From Raillietiella orientalis (Eukaryota): a DNA stretch of 64,000 nucleotides. Below the pieces are notes generated by a model, which saw only the letters and a program-made list of their open reading frames with translations, ran no database searches and had not been told where the DNA came from. The stretch's first letter is position 1, and each line of letters opens with the position of its first letter. Position numbers and translations under genes: made by a program. The stretch covers positions 3,596,001 to 3,660,000 of the forward strand of contig JAYWIR010000013.1 in assembly GCA_036172245.1 (NCBI GenBank), written 5' to 3'. This document shows, in pieces, positions 37,584 through 49,299 of the stretch.

Positions 37584-40500
37584 GGGCCGCGCCCTCCGCC
37601 CTGCCGTACCGTTGCCGACCTCGTCTCCCATGGCGACAGAGGAGGCTCTCCACGGGGAGGGGGGAAAAAGGGCGTCGGTCGCCTATGGACGGGATGCACC
37701 GCCTCCTCTCTCCCGCCGCCGGCGCACGTTACCGCGGCCGGGGGACGCGACGGAGACCACAGGCGCTCCCCCGGGTCGCTCAACCTCGACGCAGCGGGCG
37801 GCGAGGGAGAGTGAAGAGGGGTCCTACTCGAGGGACTTCCCCGGTGGGGGCAGGGAGGGGGGATGAGCTTCCTTGTTGAAGGAAAAAGGAGGCACTTGAA
37901 GGAAAGAGAGGCCAAAGGGAACCCGAACCTCTCCCCCTCTTCCTTCGCTCGCGCCTTTGGACATGCATCCCCCGTCTTCTGCAAGGCGTTGGGGGCGATC
38001 GCGCCGCCTCGGGCGGAAGGGACCAGAAGACCCGCGGCAGATGTCGTCCTGACTCCGACGAGCGGATCTGGCCAGCGTACGTCCAAGGTACCACTACCTC
38101 TAAACCCGGGTAAAGGAAGGGCGTAACCTGGCAACCCGGAATGCAGCGCGGAGCGGTCACCGACAAGCGCAGATCTTCGCGCCTAGGGCTGCCTCCGAGC
38201 CCCTCCAGGAGGGCTGTGGATAACGCAGAAGGAAGGATCGCCTCCGGGGGGTAGCGCTGCCAGCGGGGTTGTGAACAGCGCCAACGGCTGGCCGGGGCAA
38301 TGCCCGCGGGCGCACGGCACGCGCGAGGCTCTCGTGGATGGCACTTGGTGGAGCAGCTGCCTTTTGTGGGGGTCACCCGCCCACGGGTTTCCTCTCCCGC
38401 TATGCAGGGGAGTACCCTGGCGGGGCGGCAGCCACGGAGAGCTCCGTTGCATAGATACCAGGCGATGTCCCGGACCGGCGAGAGAGCAGCGGGTCCCTCC
38501 CGGCTGCTCCCTCCTCCTCGACCCGTCGGAGTCCTTCCGGGAGCTCCTGGTTCCTGGAAATAGGGAGCTACCCACCAGTCCGCAGCTCGCTCCGGGCCCT
38601 CCGTAGGAACCAAGGGGGAAAGGGGCGCTGCACCATGGCTTCCCCTACTGCGGGAAGGAAGGGGGAGAGGACTTTTACCGGCCCTCTTCCCTCTCCGGAT
38701 GGATGCGCGCCACAAGTTAACGGTTCTCATTCCGAGTAGGCTCCTTCCTCCCTCCCCGACGTATGAGCGGGAAGGGGTCTCGGTCCCTCCCGCCCATCCA
38801 TTTCGCACCTTCGCTTGTGGCCGCTTGGCGTCGCCCCTGTGTCGGGGACCGCCACTTTCGACCGCCCTCTCCGCCGATGCCTCCACCGCCAAGGCAGAAT
38901 GCTCGTGAATCCTCCGGACGTGACCTCGGGGAGCGTCTGCGGCTCCGACCTGCTTCCTTTCTGAACGACCCCCCCCCCCCCCCCCCCGCGCCCCTGCGGA
39001 GCGACCGAAACGCCGCTGGTTCGGCGACCGTCCAAGAGAGGACTCGCCAAGCGCTCCCGCGAGCGAAACGACCGACTCGCCTCCCAGTTGCCGCAGCACG
39101 GGCGCGTGCACCGCCGTTTCCTCTTCCCTGCCCGCCTCCCATGGGCACCGGCAGCGGGCGCGGTCCCCCCCACCCCGAGGCGAGGTCGTTTTCCCCGAGA
39201 GCACCTCCGTCTCCGTGGCGCCGCCATCGCCATCCCTACGCGTGCTTCCAGCACTGGCAGCGCTGACCCGGCGGAACCGTGGACGGATGCCTCGGCGGCT
39301 CCTCCTCTCTCCGCAGACGTGTTGGGTGCGTGGCCTCGGGGAGCGGTGCGCCAAAAGTTGGCGGCGCGTGTACACCCCGCGGGCGGGACGCGCCGCTGTC
39401 CGCCGTCCTCGTGGAGGAGTCTCACGGAACGCGCGACTGATTGACCTCTCCTGGGGATTGTGGTTCCTGGAGGGGCTTTGTCCGCTCGTGGATCAGGAAA
39501 AAGCGCTTTCCACGTGCCGAGAGCACCGGCAGAACCGAGGTCACGCACGCTCGGTCCGCATGACTTCCCACTCGCGCGCCCCAGCGTGGGGAGTGCGAGG
39601 CGGGGGACGCGCCGCTGGAGCACGGGGAGGGGGCCCACCCGTTTCCGTCGTCTCGCTCGTCCAGCCGGTCCACGCGTGGATGGCGCATGTTGCCGAACGA
39701 ACTCGCGATGACGCGGCGATTCGTCAGCGGCCGCTCGGGAGCGCGTCACCGCGCGCACCCGGGGGCGGGCGACCAGTCCAGGATGAGTCATCTTCCCGGA
39801 GTCAGCCATTCGCTGAGGACCGGTGGGTCGTGGGGCGGGCGGGATGAGTCGCTCGCTCGGGAACCGCTGCGCAAGCGCTCGCGCTCGCAGCGGATGCGCT
39901 GCTTCCCGCGGCGGGGCGCCGAGCGGGCGCCTTTCCGGCTTGCGCGCCGCCGCCGCCACCACCACCACGGGGGTGGGAGGGCGGAGGCACAGAGTGGAGA
40001 GCGCCCCCCTGCACCGTTGCCCACGCGACCTCGGGCTCTCCCTCGACTCGACGACGGAGACGCTCAGTGCCGGTCCGGTCGCCGTACTGCGCGCGTTCGA
40101 AACCCGGACGGGTGTGGCGACCGCCCCTCCCCCCAAGGGGATTACCGCGGGTTACCACGCACGGGGCAGGCGGAGGGACGGGAAGGCCGCCTACTGCGTG
40201 AGGGGAGGGGGCACCGCAGCCTCCACCGCAAAAAGGAAGGGTCGGGGGGGGAGGGGCAGGTCGTTGACAGTCGCATCGCGCACCGCCACCACCGCGGTGC
40301 CACATCGGTCCGAGAGGGGGCGACGCGCGCGCCCCCACCCAACCACCACCACCGCCCCTCCCTCCTTCCTTCCCCCTCCCGCAAGCCCTGTGCTCCCACG
40401 AGGGGTGGCTGCGTCGCCCCGAACCGTTCCTCCGGGAAAGCTCCTCCTGTCCCCTGGAGCGCGCCTCTCCCTGAGATCCCTTCCGGAACGGGGAGAGACT

Positions 40501-43500
40501 TTCCCGCTCCTTCACCCCCTCCCATTATTATATATCGGGCGCGAGACGGCGTTCGTCCGTCATCCCGAGAGTCCCGAAATTAAATTTCTGCGTCGGCACG
40601 AACAATGCATGCGGGGCAAACAAGAAGGAAAGAAAGAAAAAAAAAAAAGAGAGAGAGAGAGAGAGAAAATACCGCAGGAACGGCAGACATTGCCGCCAGG
40701 GGGCGAGCGCGCGCGCCGTTCCAGGGGGACGTCCTGCTTCCCGTCGTCGTTTCCCGGCGCGAGGGGGAGAGCTCCGCGCAACGACCACCAACCGGCAGGG
40801 GGGAAAAGCCGATAACGCGTCTACCCGGTCTCCAGGGGCAACGACGACGCTGCGGCGGCGGAGGCAGCGCAGCGGGTGGTGGAGGGGACAAACGCGCGCG
40901 CGCGACTGCGAAAGCTCCAGGTGACCGCCTCCCCGCGAGCCCCCGGCTCACGCCTGTCTTTTCCCGGCTCCGTCCCGGACCGGGAGAAGGGCGGGGACGC
41001 GGGAGGCGACCGTCCCGCGCGCGGGCGGCGGCGGGGCGAAAACCCGCGGACAGCCGCCGCCTCCCGGAGAGCTCGACTTCCGGTCGCGCTTGTTCCATCT
41101 GCCGGGAGGCTTGCGAACTGCGACGCGAACTCTCCAGGGAGGCGTCCCTCCGGGCCTTCTGCGCCCTCTCACTTGCGCTGCCGTAATGCGTGCCCCCCCC
41201 CCTCCCTCCCCCCCCCCCGACGACGACGACGACATCGGCGAATCCGCTCGCACCGCCCTGGCGTCCCGATCGCGACGTTCGTCACCTCCGGCGCACGTCA
41301 GATCTCAGCGGCGTGACCCGAGCGGCCGCACCGAACACCCCCGCTGCGTACCTTCGGGGGTCCTCGCACCGCGCCGCCCCTGACACGCGTCGCACGTCCC
41401 ACCTTCCTGCGTGCTGCAGCAGGGCGGGATAAACGCCGGCATTCCAGGAGCGCGCGCACGGGAGGAAGCGCTCCCTCCGGGGTAGTCGAGCGGCTGCGCG
41501 CTCGCGTGGCGCAGCAGATGCTCGCGCGCGCGCGCGCGTCCGCTTGTGCGCACACAGGCGCGTGCATGCGTGCGCACGCTCGCGCCCACCACCTTCGTCG
41601 GCCCCGCCGGAGCTGCGCCCCGCGTCCACGGCAGGCCCGCCACAGGAGTCTGATGTCGCCTGCGTAGGTCGCTGGCAGCGATGGACAGCCCTTTCCGCAA
41701 GGAGTAGGGCCCAGAGAAGTGCTCCTGCCTCGGGGAGAGGGCTGACCTTGAGGAGCCAAGCAACCTCATCAACCTCACCCTTTCTCCCTCCCTCCTCCCA
41801 TCCTCTTCCTCCTCCTCCCCCCGCTCATACCAGGGGCCAGGGGCAGAGGCGCCGCCAAGGACAGAACAGAGCCCTGGCCCCTGGGGGTGGCAAAGGGCGA
41901 CCGCCGGCCCCACGAGCGAGCTCTCCCCAAGTGCGCTGCGCAGAGGGCCCGGTCGCTTTCGAAGGTGCGGCTGCGCCACCCGATCGCGGGGGTCGTCCGA
42001 CAGCCGCAACGACCGCAACCGCGCTTCGAGCGGCTTTCCTGGTCGCTCGCGACGGTTGGCTGGCCCTCGGGGCACGGGCCGGGGGAGGTTCCTCCCCCGC
42101 ACGCCAAGTCCACCGCGCCGCGTGAGGCCCAACCGCCGTCGGGCGGAGATGGCGACGACGGCTGCGCGCGCGCGCGGTGCTGCCGGAGCGAGTCCCGAGC
42201 GAGAGCGGCTCCCGCTTTTCCACGCACGCGTGGACGCTTCGCCTCGTGCGCGCGCGGCGGCGGTAAGTAAACGCCTCCTACTTCCCCTTCCCTCCCCCCC
42301 CACGCCGCCGAAGCTGTGCCACGCTCGTGCGGTCGAGCGCCGACTGCGCGCGTATCGGTGGTGACGAAACGTCCAGCGCGTGTGGATGCAGCGCTGCCCC
42401 TCCGGGCACCGTGATCCCGCGTGGGCGGACCCCGCGCCACGCGCGCTGACACTCCATCGCACGTACTTTCGGATGGTGGATGATGCGGCAACGCGTATCC
42501 GTGGTTACCACGCGAAACGGCTGTTGCGTCCTGCGCAACGCCCACTCCGTCGGACGCGCGCGCGCGCCGTTGCTTCAGCGTGTCGCGGTCCTCGGACGGA
42601 TGCGGCGGCGTGCTGATGCCACGCCCCGGCCGACACCGAGGGACAGGGTCAGGCGGCGAGCCCTCGAGGGAGCTCGTGGAGAGATCGACAGGGCAGCAGC
42701 TTCCTCCTCCCTCCTTCCTTCCCTTCCTCCCTTCCTGCTTATGGTTCCCCGGCGGGGGTGGCTCGCGTCTCCTCGTCCGGGGATGCAATGATGCGTACGC
42801 ACTTGTACGTTCCGTACGCAGGAGCTGGGATGTGGCTACCCTGCCGTGCGAACCCTGCAGTAACGGGGGGTCAGCGAGATCAGGACCCGGTGTGGAGTGG
42901 CGGCCCGCTGTCCGTCTCCAGTCGCAGGCGCTCTCCGCCCGCCGGCCCTTCCGAAAGTTGACCGGAAGCGAAAGGCCCTCGGATTCACCCGGCACCCGGC
43001 TGTCCCACTTCTCCCTTCCCCGCTCGAGGAGTGGTCCGCTGCCGCCTCCCAGAGGGCAGCGGCGGCTATGGAAGTCCCCGGAGGCCCTTTGGCTCCAGCG
43101 GCTCCAGAAAACCGATTACTCCCTGGGGAGCCTTTGGCGCTGCTGCGGACGCCTGCCCCAGGAAGAGGCCGCGGTTTCGGCCTCGCGGCGGGGCGGAGCG
43201 GCGCCTCGCCCTTGCCCCCAGTGGCGCCGTCTCTCCGCTTGGCGTGACGCGGGCGGCACCGAGCGGGTCCGCTGCCTCTCCACCGGGGAGGGTTCGTCGC
43301 GGCCACTCAGAAGGACGCGCGCGTTTCTGGCTTGCTGCCTCCTCCTCCGGGAATTCCTCTCTGGCTCGGTCATCTCCGATGCCGCTGCTTCGGCGGGTGC
43401 GCCACAGAGTGCGCCACTTGTGACGTCACCCTCCACCGAGCTCTGTGGCAGCGGTGCTCCCGAAGGGCTGGTCTCCGCGGATACGCTTGCAGGAGGACAG

Positions 43501-46500
43501 GGAGAGAGGAGGGGGCGGGACACACACCAGGAGTAGCGCGCTGTCCTGCGGCTTCGTGACCTTCCGTGCGGGAGGAGGCTGCCGGACCCCTCTGCGTCCT
43601 CGGCCCGGCAATCCAGCGGCGAGCAGCACACTCCAAGTCACCACGGGGTCACGTTTCCGGCGAGTGCGGCCCCCCAGGCAGCTGCCGAAGAGCAGGAGTA
43701 ATCTGCCGAGACCCTGTCCGCCTCTCCCGTGGTCACGCCTCTTGCAGATGTTTCTCGCGGAGGTCAGACGGGGGACGGGAAGATCTCCGCGGGCGCGTGC
43801 GTGTCGACCGGGGTCGGGCAATCGTCGCGCCACCGCCTCTGTTCACCTCACCGTCGCCCGCGGCGGGAGGAGGGACAGAACCCCAGCGCCTTTCTCCGGC
43901 CGCGAGGGGGCTTTGAGCCCCTGACGGCGCTCGCGAGCAAAGTTGCCGACCCGGCGCGGCCGGGTGACCACACCCCTCTCGCCGCCACCTCCTTGCTGTG
44001 TTGACTCGCGGCGGCGACCCCGCCTCCTTCCACCCCTGACCCCTTCAGACCAGACTCGAGGTCTTTGGCACCCCCCAAGGACGCCGAGCAACGTGGCCCG
44101 ACCGGAAGGGAGAGCCGGGCGCCAACGGAACCAGCCCTTGGTGCACCGAGGCCCAAAGTCCGGATCTCTCGCCGCCGCTGCTCCTCTTCCTCCTCGATGG
44201 ACCGACCGACTCGGCATCCGCGGCGTCCCGAGACGTCCTCCATCTTGTTCGAACCGCTCGGCAAGATGGCGGCGCGCCGAACCCGCTCGCCATCTTGCCG
44301 AGCAGCGGGCCCGACCGGGATCCGCCGCCTCACGCCGGTCGGGCGGCAGGGTCGGTGCCTCCCGACTTCTCGGACAGCAGGCGCTCCGTGTGGCCGGGGG
44401 CGGAGCGCCTCCCCCGAGACCAGGAGACGCGCACGGCGTGGTTACTCCCACGTAGGCGCAGCGGGTGTTGCCACGCCCGCTCCCAAAGGAAGAGCCACAC
44501 ACGGCGCGCCCCGAAGCGGGCGGCCTTCTGTCCGGCGCTCGCGTCTTGCGGGCGACCTTGAAGCTGCCCCCGCGTGTTCCCCCCCCCCTTCGCCCCCCAC
44601 GGAGACGGCGCTAGATGGCCGCGAAGGGCACGCGGCCGGAGATGAGTCGCGGTCCCTCCCCGGGTTGACAACCCCCGCGACGTGTCGCAGGAGGAGCGCT
44701 CCCGTGCGATGGCACTACGCATGCCCCCAGAGTGACGTTCCGGGGGTAGGGGGAGGGTGCGGCCTTTGGGGACCCCCGAGGAGCGTGACGACTCAGGGCC
44801 TTGCCATGGCACCGGGGACCTCTCTCTGCCCACGGCTTCAAGGGAGCGCTTCCGGATGCGTACCCCACGAAGGCGGTGCCGCTGCGCAAAAAGTAGGCCG
44901 TGTTGCGTGCACCCTCAGTGATGTCATGGAGCGGTGGGGTTTCCATTTCTGATTGGTGTGCCGGTAGGCGGTGGCCCCACGAGGCGTGCCCTCTCGTGGA
45001 GATCTGTTGCCCAAGAGCCCCCCTGCATTTCCCCCCGGCTGGCGTCTTCCCGGATCGGATGTGGGAGTTCGTCGATCCTCGGAGGAGCGATGCAGGGAGG
45101 TGCCGAGAGATCGCAACGCTTCCTGGTGGAAAGATATGAAATGCCAAGCTGTCCATGCTTTTTTTTTTTACAATTATCCCACATTATTAGTATTCGAGGG
45201 ATGAGACGGGGAAAATGGGGAGACACGGGAGTGGACTATGGTCGGGAGAGTCGAGTCTGCAAGATCTAAAGACAGATCTAAAGGGAGGATCCGACCCGGG
45301 AAACGTTTTCTGCCTTGCAGTGCTCTCCCGGTCACGAACTGGCAAACCGGAGCGATCGGGTTTGACATCCCTTGAACAGTCTTGGGATTGCACACTCCCC
45401 GCCTTGGGTACAGCGGGGCGGGGACTGGCCGTGCTCGGCCTCTCTTCTGAAGGGTGGTTTCTTTTCCCCTCACTCCCAATTCTGTGTCTTCCTCTCGCCG
45501 TCCCTCACGTGTTTGTTTGCCGCTTTTGTTTGTTTGTTTTTGTCCCCCCCCCCTTCCTTCCAGCGGGCCGCCGCCATCTTCCCTTGCCTTTGAAGCTTCT
45601 CCTCCCATCTGCCGGCGGCAAGAAAACACTCTCCGCTTCGTCTCTCGCCCGCCGAGAGCCGCACCTGCCCGGTAGCTGGCTCGTCCCTCTCCCGAAGGTG
45701 CCACGTGCTGCGCGCGCGCTTTCCTATTGGTCGCCCCCAACGCTCGCCGCTGCAGCCCTCTTGTTCTCGCCCTGTCCGTCAATGGAAAATGGAAATGGAA
45801 TGCGTGCTTCAAGTAGTGGGAAAAGAAGGCGATCCCGAAAAATGAAAGCAAATAAACAGTTGAAAGAAAAAAAAAAGAAAAGGAGGAAGCAAAAAGGTAA
45901 ATCAACAGAAGACGACGATCCCTATCCTTCTCCTCCTCTCCAGACACTTGTCTCCTGAAGTGGTGATGCGAAAGCCCTGAAACAAATGTGGTCCGAATGT
46001 TGAATTTCTGGAATGTACTTTCACGTGAGGGGGAAGGAGGGGAGTAGGAAGGGGACGGAGTGCATTCGCGGCCCAGCAACAAGGAGTTGGGGTGCTGCTG
46101 CTGCGCCCCTGCGGCGCGTGCGGTGGCGCGCATTGGTTGGTGAGGTCGGAAGCCCTGAGGTGGCCCAAGACGGAGGAGGAGGAGGAGGAGGGGGGAAGCG
46201 CCATATGCCGCCATATGAGACGCAGCGTGCTGCAGAGTGTCGGAGGCAGAGCTCGGAGCCTCGCCAGGGAGGCGGTGCTTCGAGAACGGGGCTGGACCGC
46301 CTCTGCGCATAGCAACGGCTCTCCGCGCGGTTTCCGAGGAAGAGGCGGTCGGATGGCCCCATCGTCCCAGCCGCCCGTGGCCCCCTCGCTGAGGCTGCCC
46401 GCCGTTCCTTGTTGCCCCGTTCCTGCCGTCGTTCCCGCGCGGTTGTCCTTTCCCTTCCTTCGTGCGTCCCGGAGATGCCGGCCACGTGCGTGAAGGGAGA

Positions 46501-47829
46501 GAGGCACGAAGGGGAAAGGAAGCGGTGTGGGACACTCGCCGTCGTTGCACAGAGTCGTCGTTGGCGCCCTCACAGCTGCAGCTGCGCGACGGCGACTCCG
46601 GCGCCCTCCCGAGACCCCGGGTCGGGCCGCGGATCCTCTCGACATCCCCGCAGGGACCCGGCAGGCATCGCAAAGCGGCGCCCCTTCCGCGAACTCCTCC
46701 CTGACCGAGGGTCAGGGATCCCTACGAGCGGCGGCGGCGGCGGCGACTGTGGCCTACGGCAGAGGCTCTGGGTCGACCGGAAAGGTGTGCAGCTGCCCTC
46801 CCCCGGGTCCGTTTGTTCGGCGGCGGACGGCGCTCTCGTCCACCGAGGCGGCTTTTCGCTCCGGTGACGTCGCGCGTCGAGGCACCCGGATCCGGAAGCA
46901 TCGCTGCCGCTCCGCAAAAGTGCCGGCCCCTTCTCGAGGCGGCCGGCAGAGGCCGCTGGATGCGGAAACTTCCGGTGCACCTTCTGGGCGCAGGTTGCCG
47001 CGGGAACCCTGCGACCCGGTGACCTTCCCGAAGTGCGCACGCGGGTCTGGACGCACAGGTAAGGGAGGCGCGCGCCCCTGAGTCGGATGGCAGCAGCACT
47101 GCCTCCGGTTCCTAGGATACGCACGCACGCCGCCATGCGCTGTGATTCATCATCGGCGACGACAGAGGAGGCGAAGGTGCGCAAGTAGCCTACGGAACCA
47201 CACCCGGCTCTCCGCGGCGCGCGTCGGCTGCAAATCATCTGGTTTTTTTTTTTTTTTTTTTTCAAATTTCCTCAGTCATCATCGATCCAGCCCTTGCGAC
47301 AGGATGCTCCTCACCCGGTTATGCCGAGGCTTTCATTATGTAAAACAATAAAAATACATTGGTGTGGTGGTACCCCTGGTTCTACCACGTGTATCGAATC
47401 TGTCGAAGAGCGGCGCGCAAACCAGCGAGGTCCTCTTCGGCAGCGTGGAGAGGGGGGGAGGGAGGAGGGAGGAGAAACAAAAACAAGAAGAAAAAGAATA
47501 AGCAAACAAAATAGGGGGGGGGGGGAATCATACAGAGGGAAAGGGGAGGGGGAGTGAGGAAGGGATCACACGGTACGCTGTCCGGCATCCTCTGCCTCCT
47601 GTTGAGGATGCCGGCAGGTTTCGTCCGTAGTGCACCCGGGTGGGGCCATCTCGACGCGTTTCTCGGGAAGATCCGCACCCGTGGATGGCGTCTCCCTGCC
47701 ATTTCGGCCTCTCCTTAAGGAGTCCCAGGCCTCCGCGATCTTGCGGGCGCGGCAGAGAGACGTGGCTGGTGGTGGCAGAGCGGCACCACTCACGAAGAGA
47801 CGTCTGAAAATGTCCCTGGGGCCTCCCGC

Positions 47830-48356
47830 CAGGATTCCTAGGACCGTTGCGAGGGGGGCGACCCCAAAGGGGCTGGAGAGTCGATGAGCTTTTGAGTATC
47901 GGTGTCCACGAGTGCGTTTCCGTCCTTGACGTTCCTGTGGACGATGATGCTCTTCGTATGACACGCGATGATGGCCTCCACGATCTGGCGAAAAAAAGCT
48001 CCTGGCCAGCGTCTCGTCGAGGCTGTCGCTGTCTGTTGTGTGGTCGAAGAGGTCCTTGTAGGGGTCGCAGCGTTCCGCGGTCGGCTTGGCAGAGGTGTAG
48101 CTGAAGATCTCGATGATGCCCGGTGTGCTGCTGATTCTGGGCAGGAGGCACACATCTCCAAGAGGGTCCGTAGGCCATTATAGACTTGCTCCGCTGGGTC
48201 AGCCGGGAGCTCTCGATGAACTTTGTGGCCACGGGGAGCTGATCCGTTCCTGCGAAAGCCGCCCTTGCCCAGCATTACGCCCACGTCGCACTTCTCCTCG
48301 AAGTCGCGCGGGGCCTGGTGCCTCTTCCTGAGATCGTCACGCTTCACGCAGTCCAC
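47830..48356 (-). pseudogene. Degenerate, intronless Pim-family Ser/Thr kinase pseudogene
   Basis: Colinear kinase subdomains split over three frames: DFEEKCDVGVMLGKGGF (Gly loop), PVATKFIESSRL (VAIK), LEMCLLPRISSTPGIIEIFSY, ERCDPYKDLFDHTTDSDSLDETLARSFF (Pim-1: [28 protein letters not shown]), RQIVEAIIACHTKSIIVHRNVKDGNALVDTDTQKLID, ATVLGIL. There are several frameshifts and deletions, HRD has become HRN, and DFG is lost. Confidence 0.8.
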
Positions 48357-49299
48357 AGAGAACCCCTAGGGATGGTGCTGGCGGCACCATCTCTTGCGGC
48401 AGTGGAATCCAGACATCCTTTCTGCCGACGGCTGCTACGCAGCAGCAGCAGCGCGATCCACAGAACGCAAAGCAAGGAGGGGAGGGGCGCCAAGAACACA
48501 CTTTGCCGACAGCGTCAACAAAACGAGGTACGACACTCCAACGACAGGTGCGAGAGGGTCTCCTTCTACCCGCGCCTGTCTCGCACTCTGAGAGTCCACG
48601 CTCTCTCTCCCTCCCCGTGTCCAGTGGCGAAGGCGTGCTTCGCACAGGACAACCCCATGCAACACCAGCAACGCCGACTCCCGTCACTTGAGGGGGAGGG
48701 CACCACTGTTCCAGCGGAGCGCTGGGGGCCACTTCGCCTCCTCCTGCTCCGGAAGGATGCCGAGCGGCTCTCCCCAGCGTGCAGCGTCCGTCACTTCCCG
48801 AGTTGTCCACCCGCCCCCAGAAGTTCCTTCCTTGCTGCTGCCCAGCATGTTGCTTCCCGCCTTGCCGGGATTACCATGTCCCTTGCGTACCTTAGGGAGG
48901 GTAGCACGGAGGCGAAGGGTGGTAGACGAGGCCCACCGCGGGCTGCGGACCATCTCCTCCGGAGACTTGCAGGCAGGCGAACCCCGAAGGGAACCTCTTC
49001 CTCGCTCCCTCCGGAGAGACCCCCCGGAAAGGATCCGCTGCTCGGATTTCTTCTCCGGAGGGAACCCTCGAGGGAGCCGCTCTTCGTTTCCTCCTCCTCT
49101 GAAGTGAACCCCGAATTTCCCTGAAGGGCGCTCCCCGAAGGGCGCAGCGCACTTGTTCGCACTCTGGAGAGGTATCATTCCACCCGCTGCTCCACGGCAC
49201 GAGATGGAGGATCGGTCCCCTTTCGAGGGAGAGGACGGTTCCATTTCCGCAACCGGAGGGGGGAAACCCCGAACGCCCGCCATCCGATCGCCGGTCCAC

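Noticed and set aside
17597..47265. Many 200-670 aa Arg/Pro/Gly/Ala-rich ORFs in all six frames
   Set aside because: Stop codons are scarce in very GC-rich DNA. The ORFs overlap in all frames, cross homopolymer tracts and show no recognisable domains.
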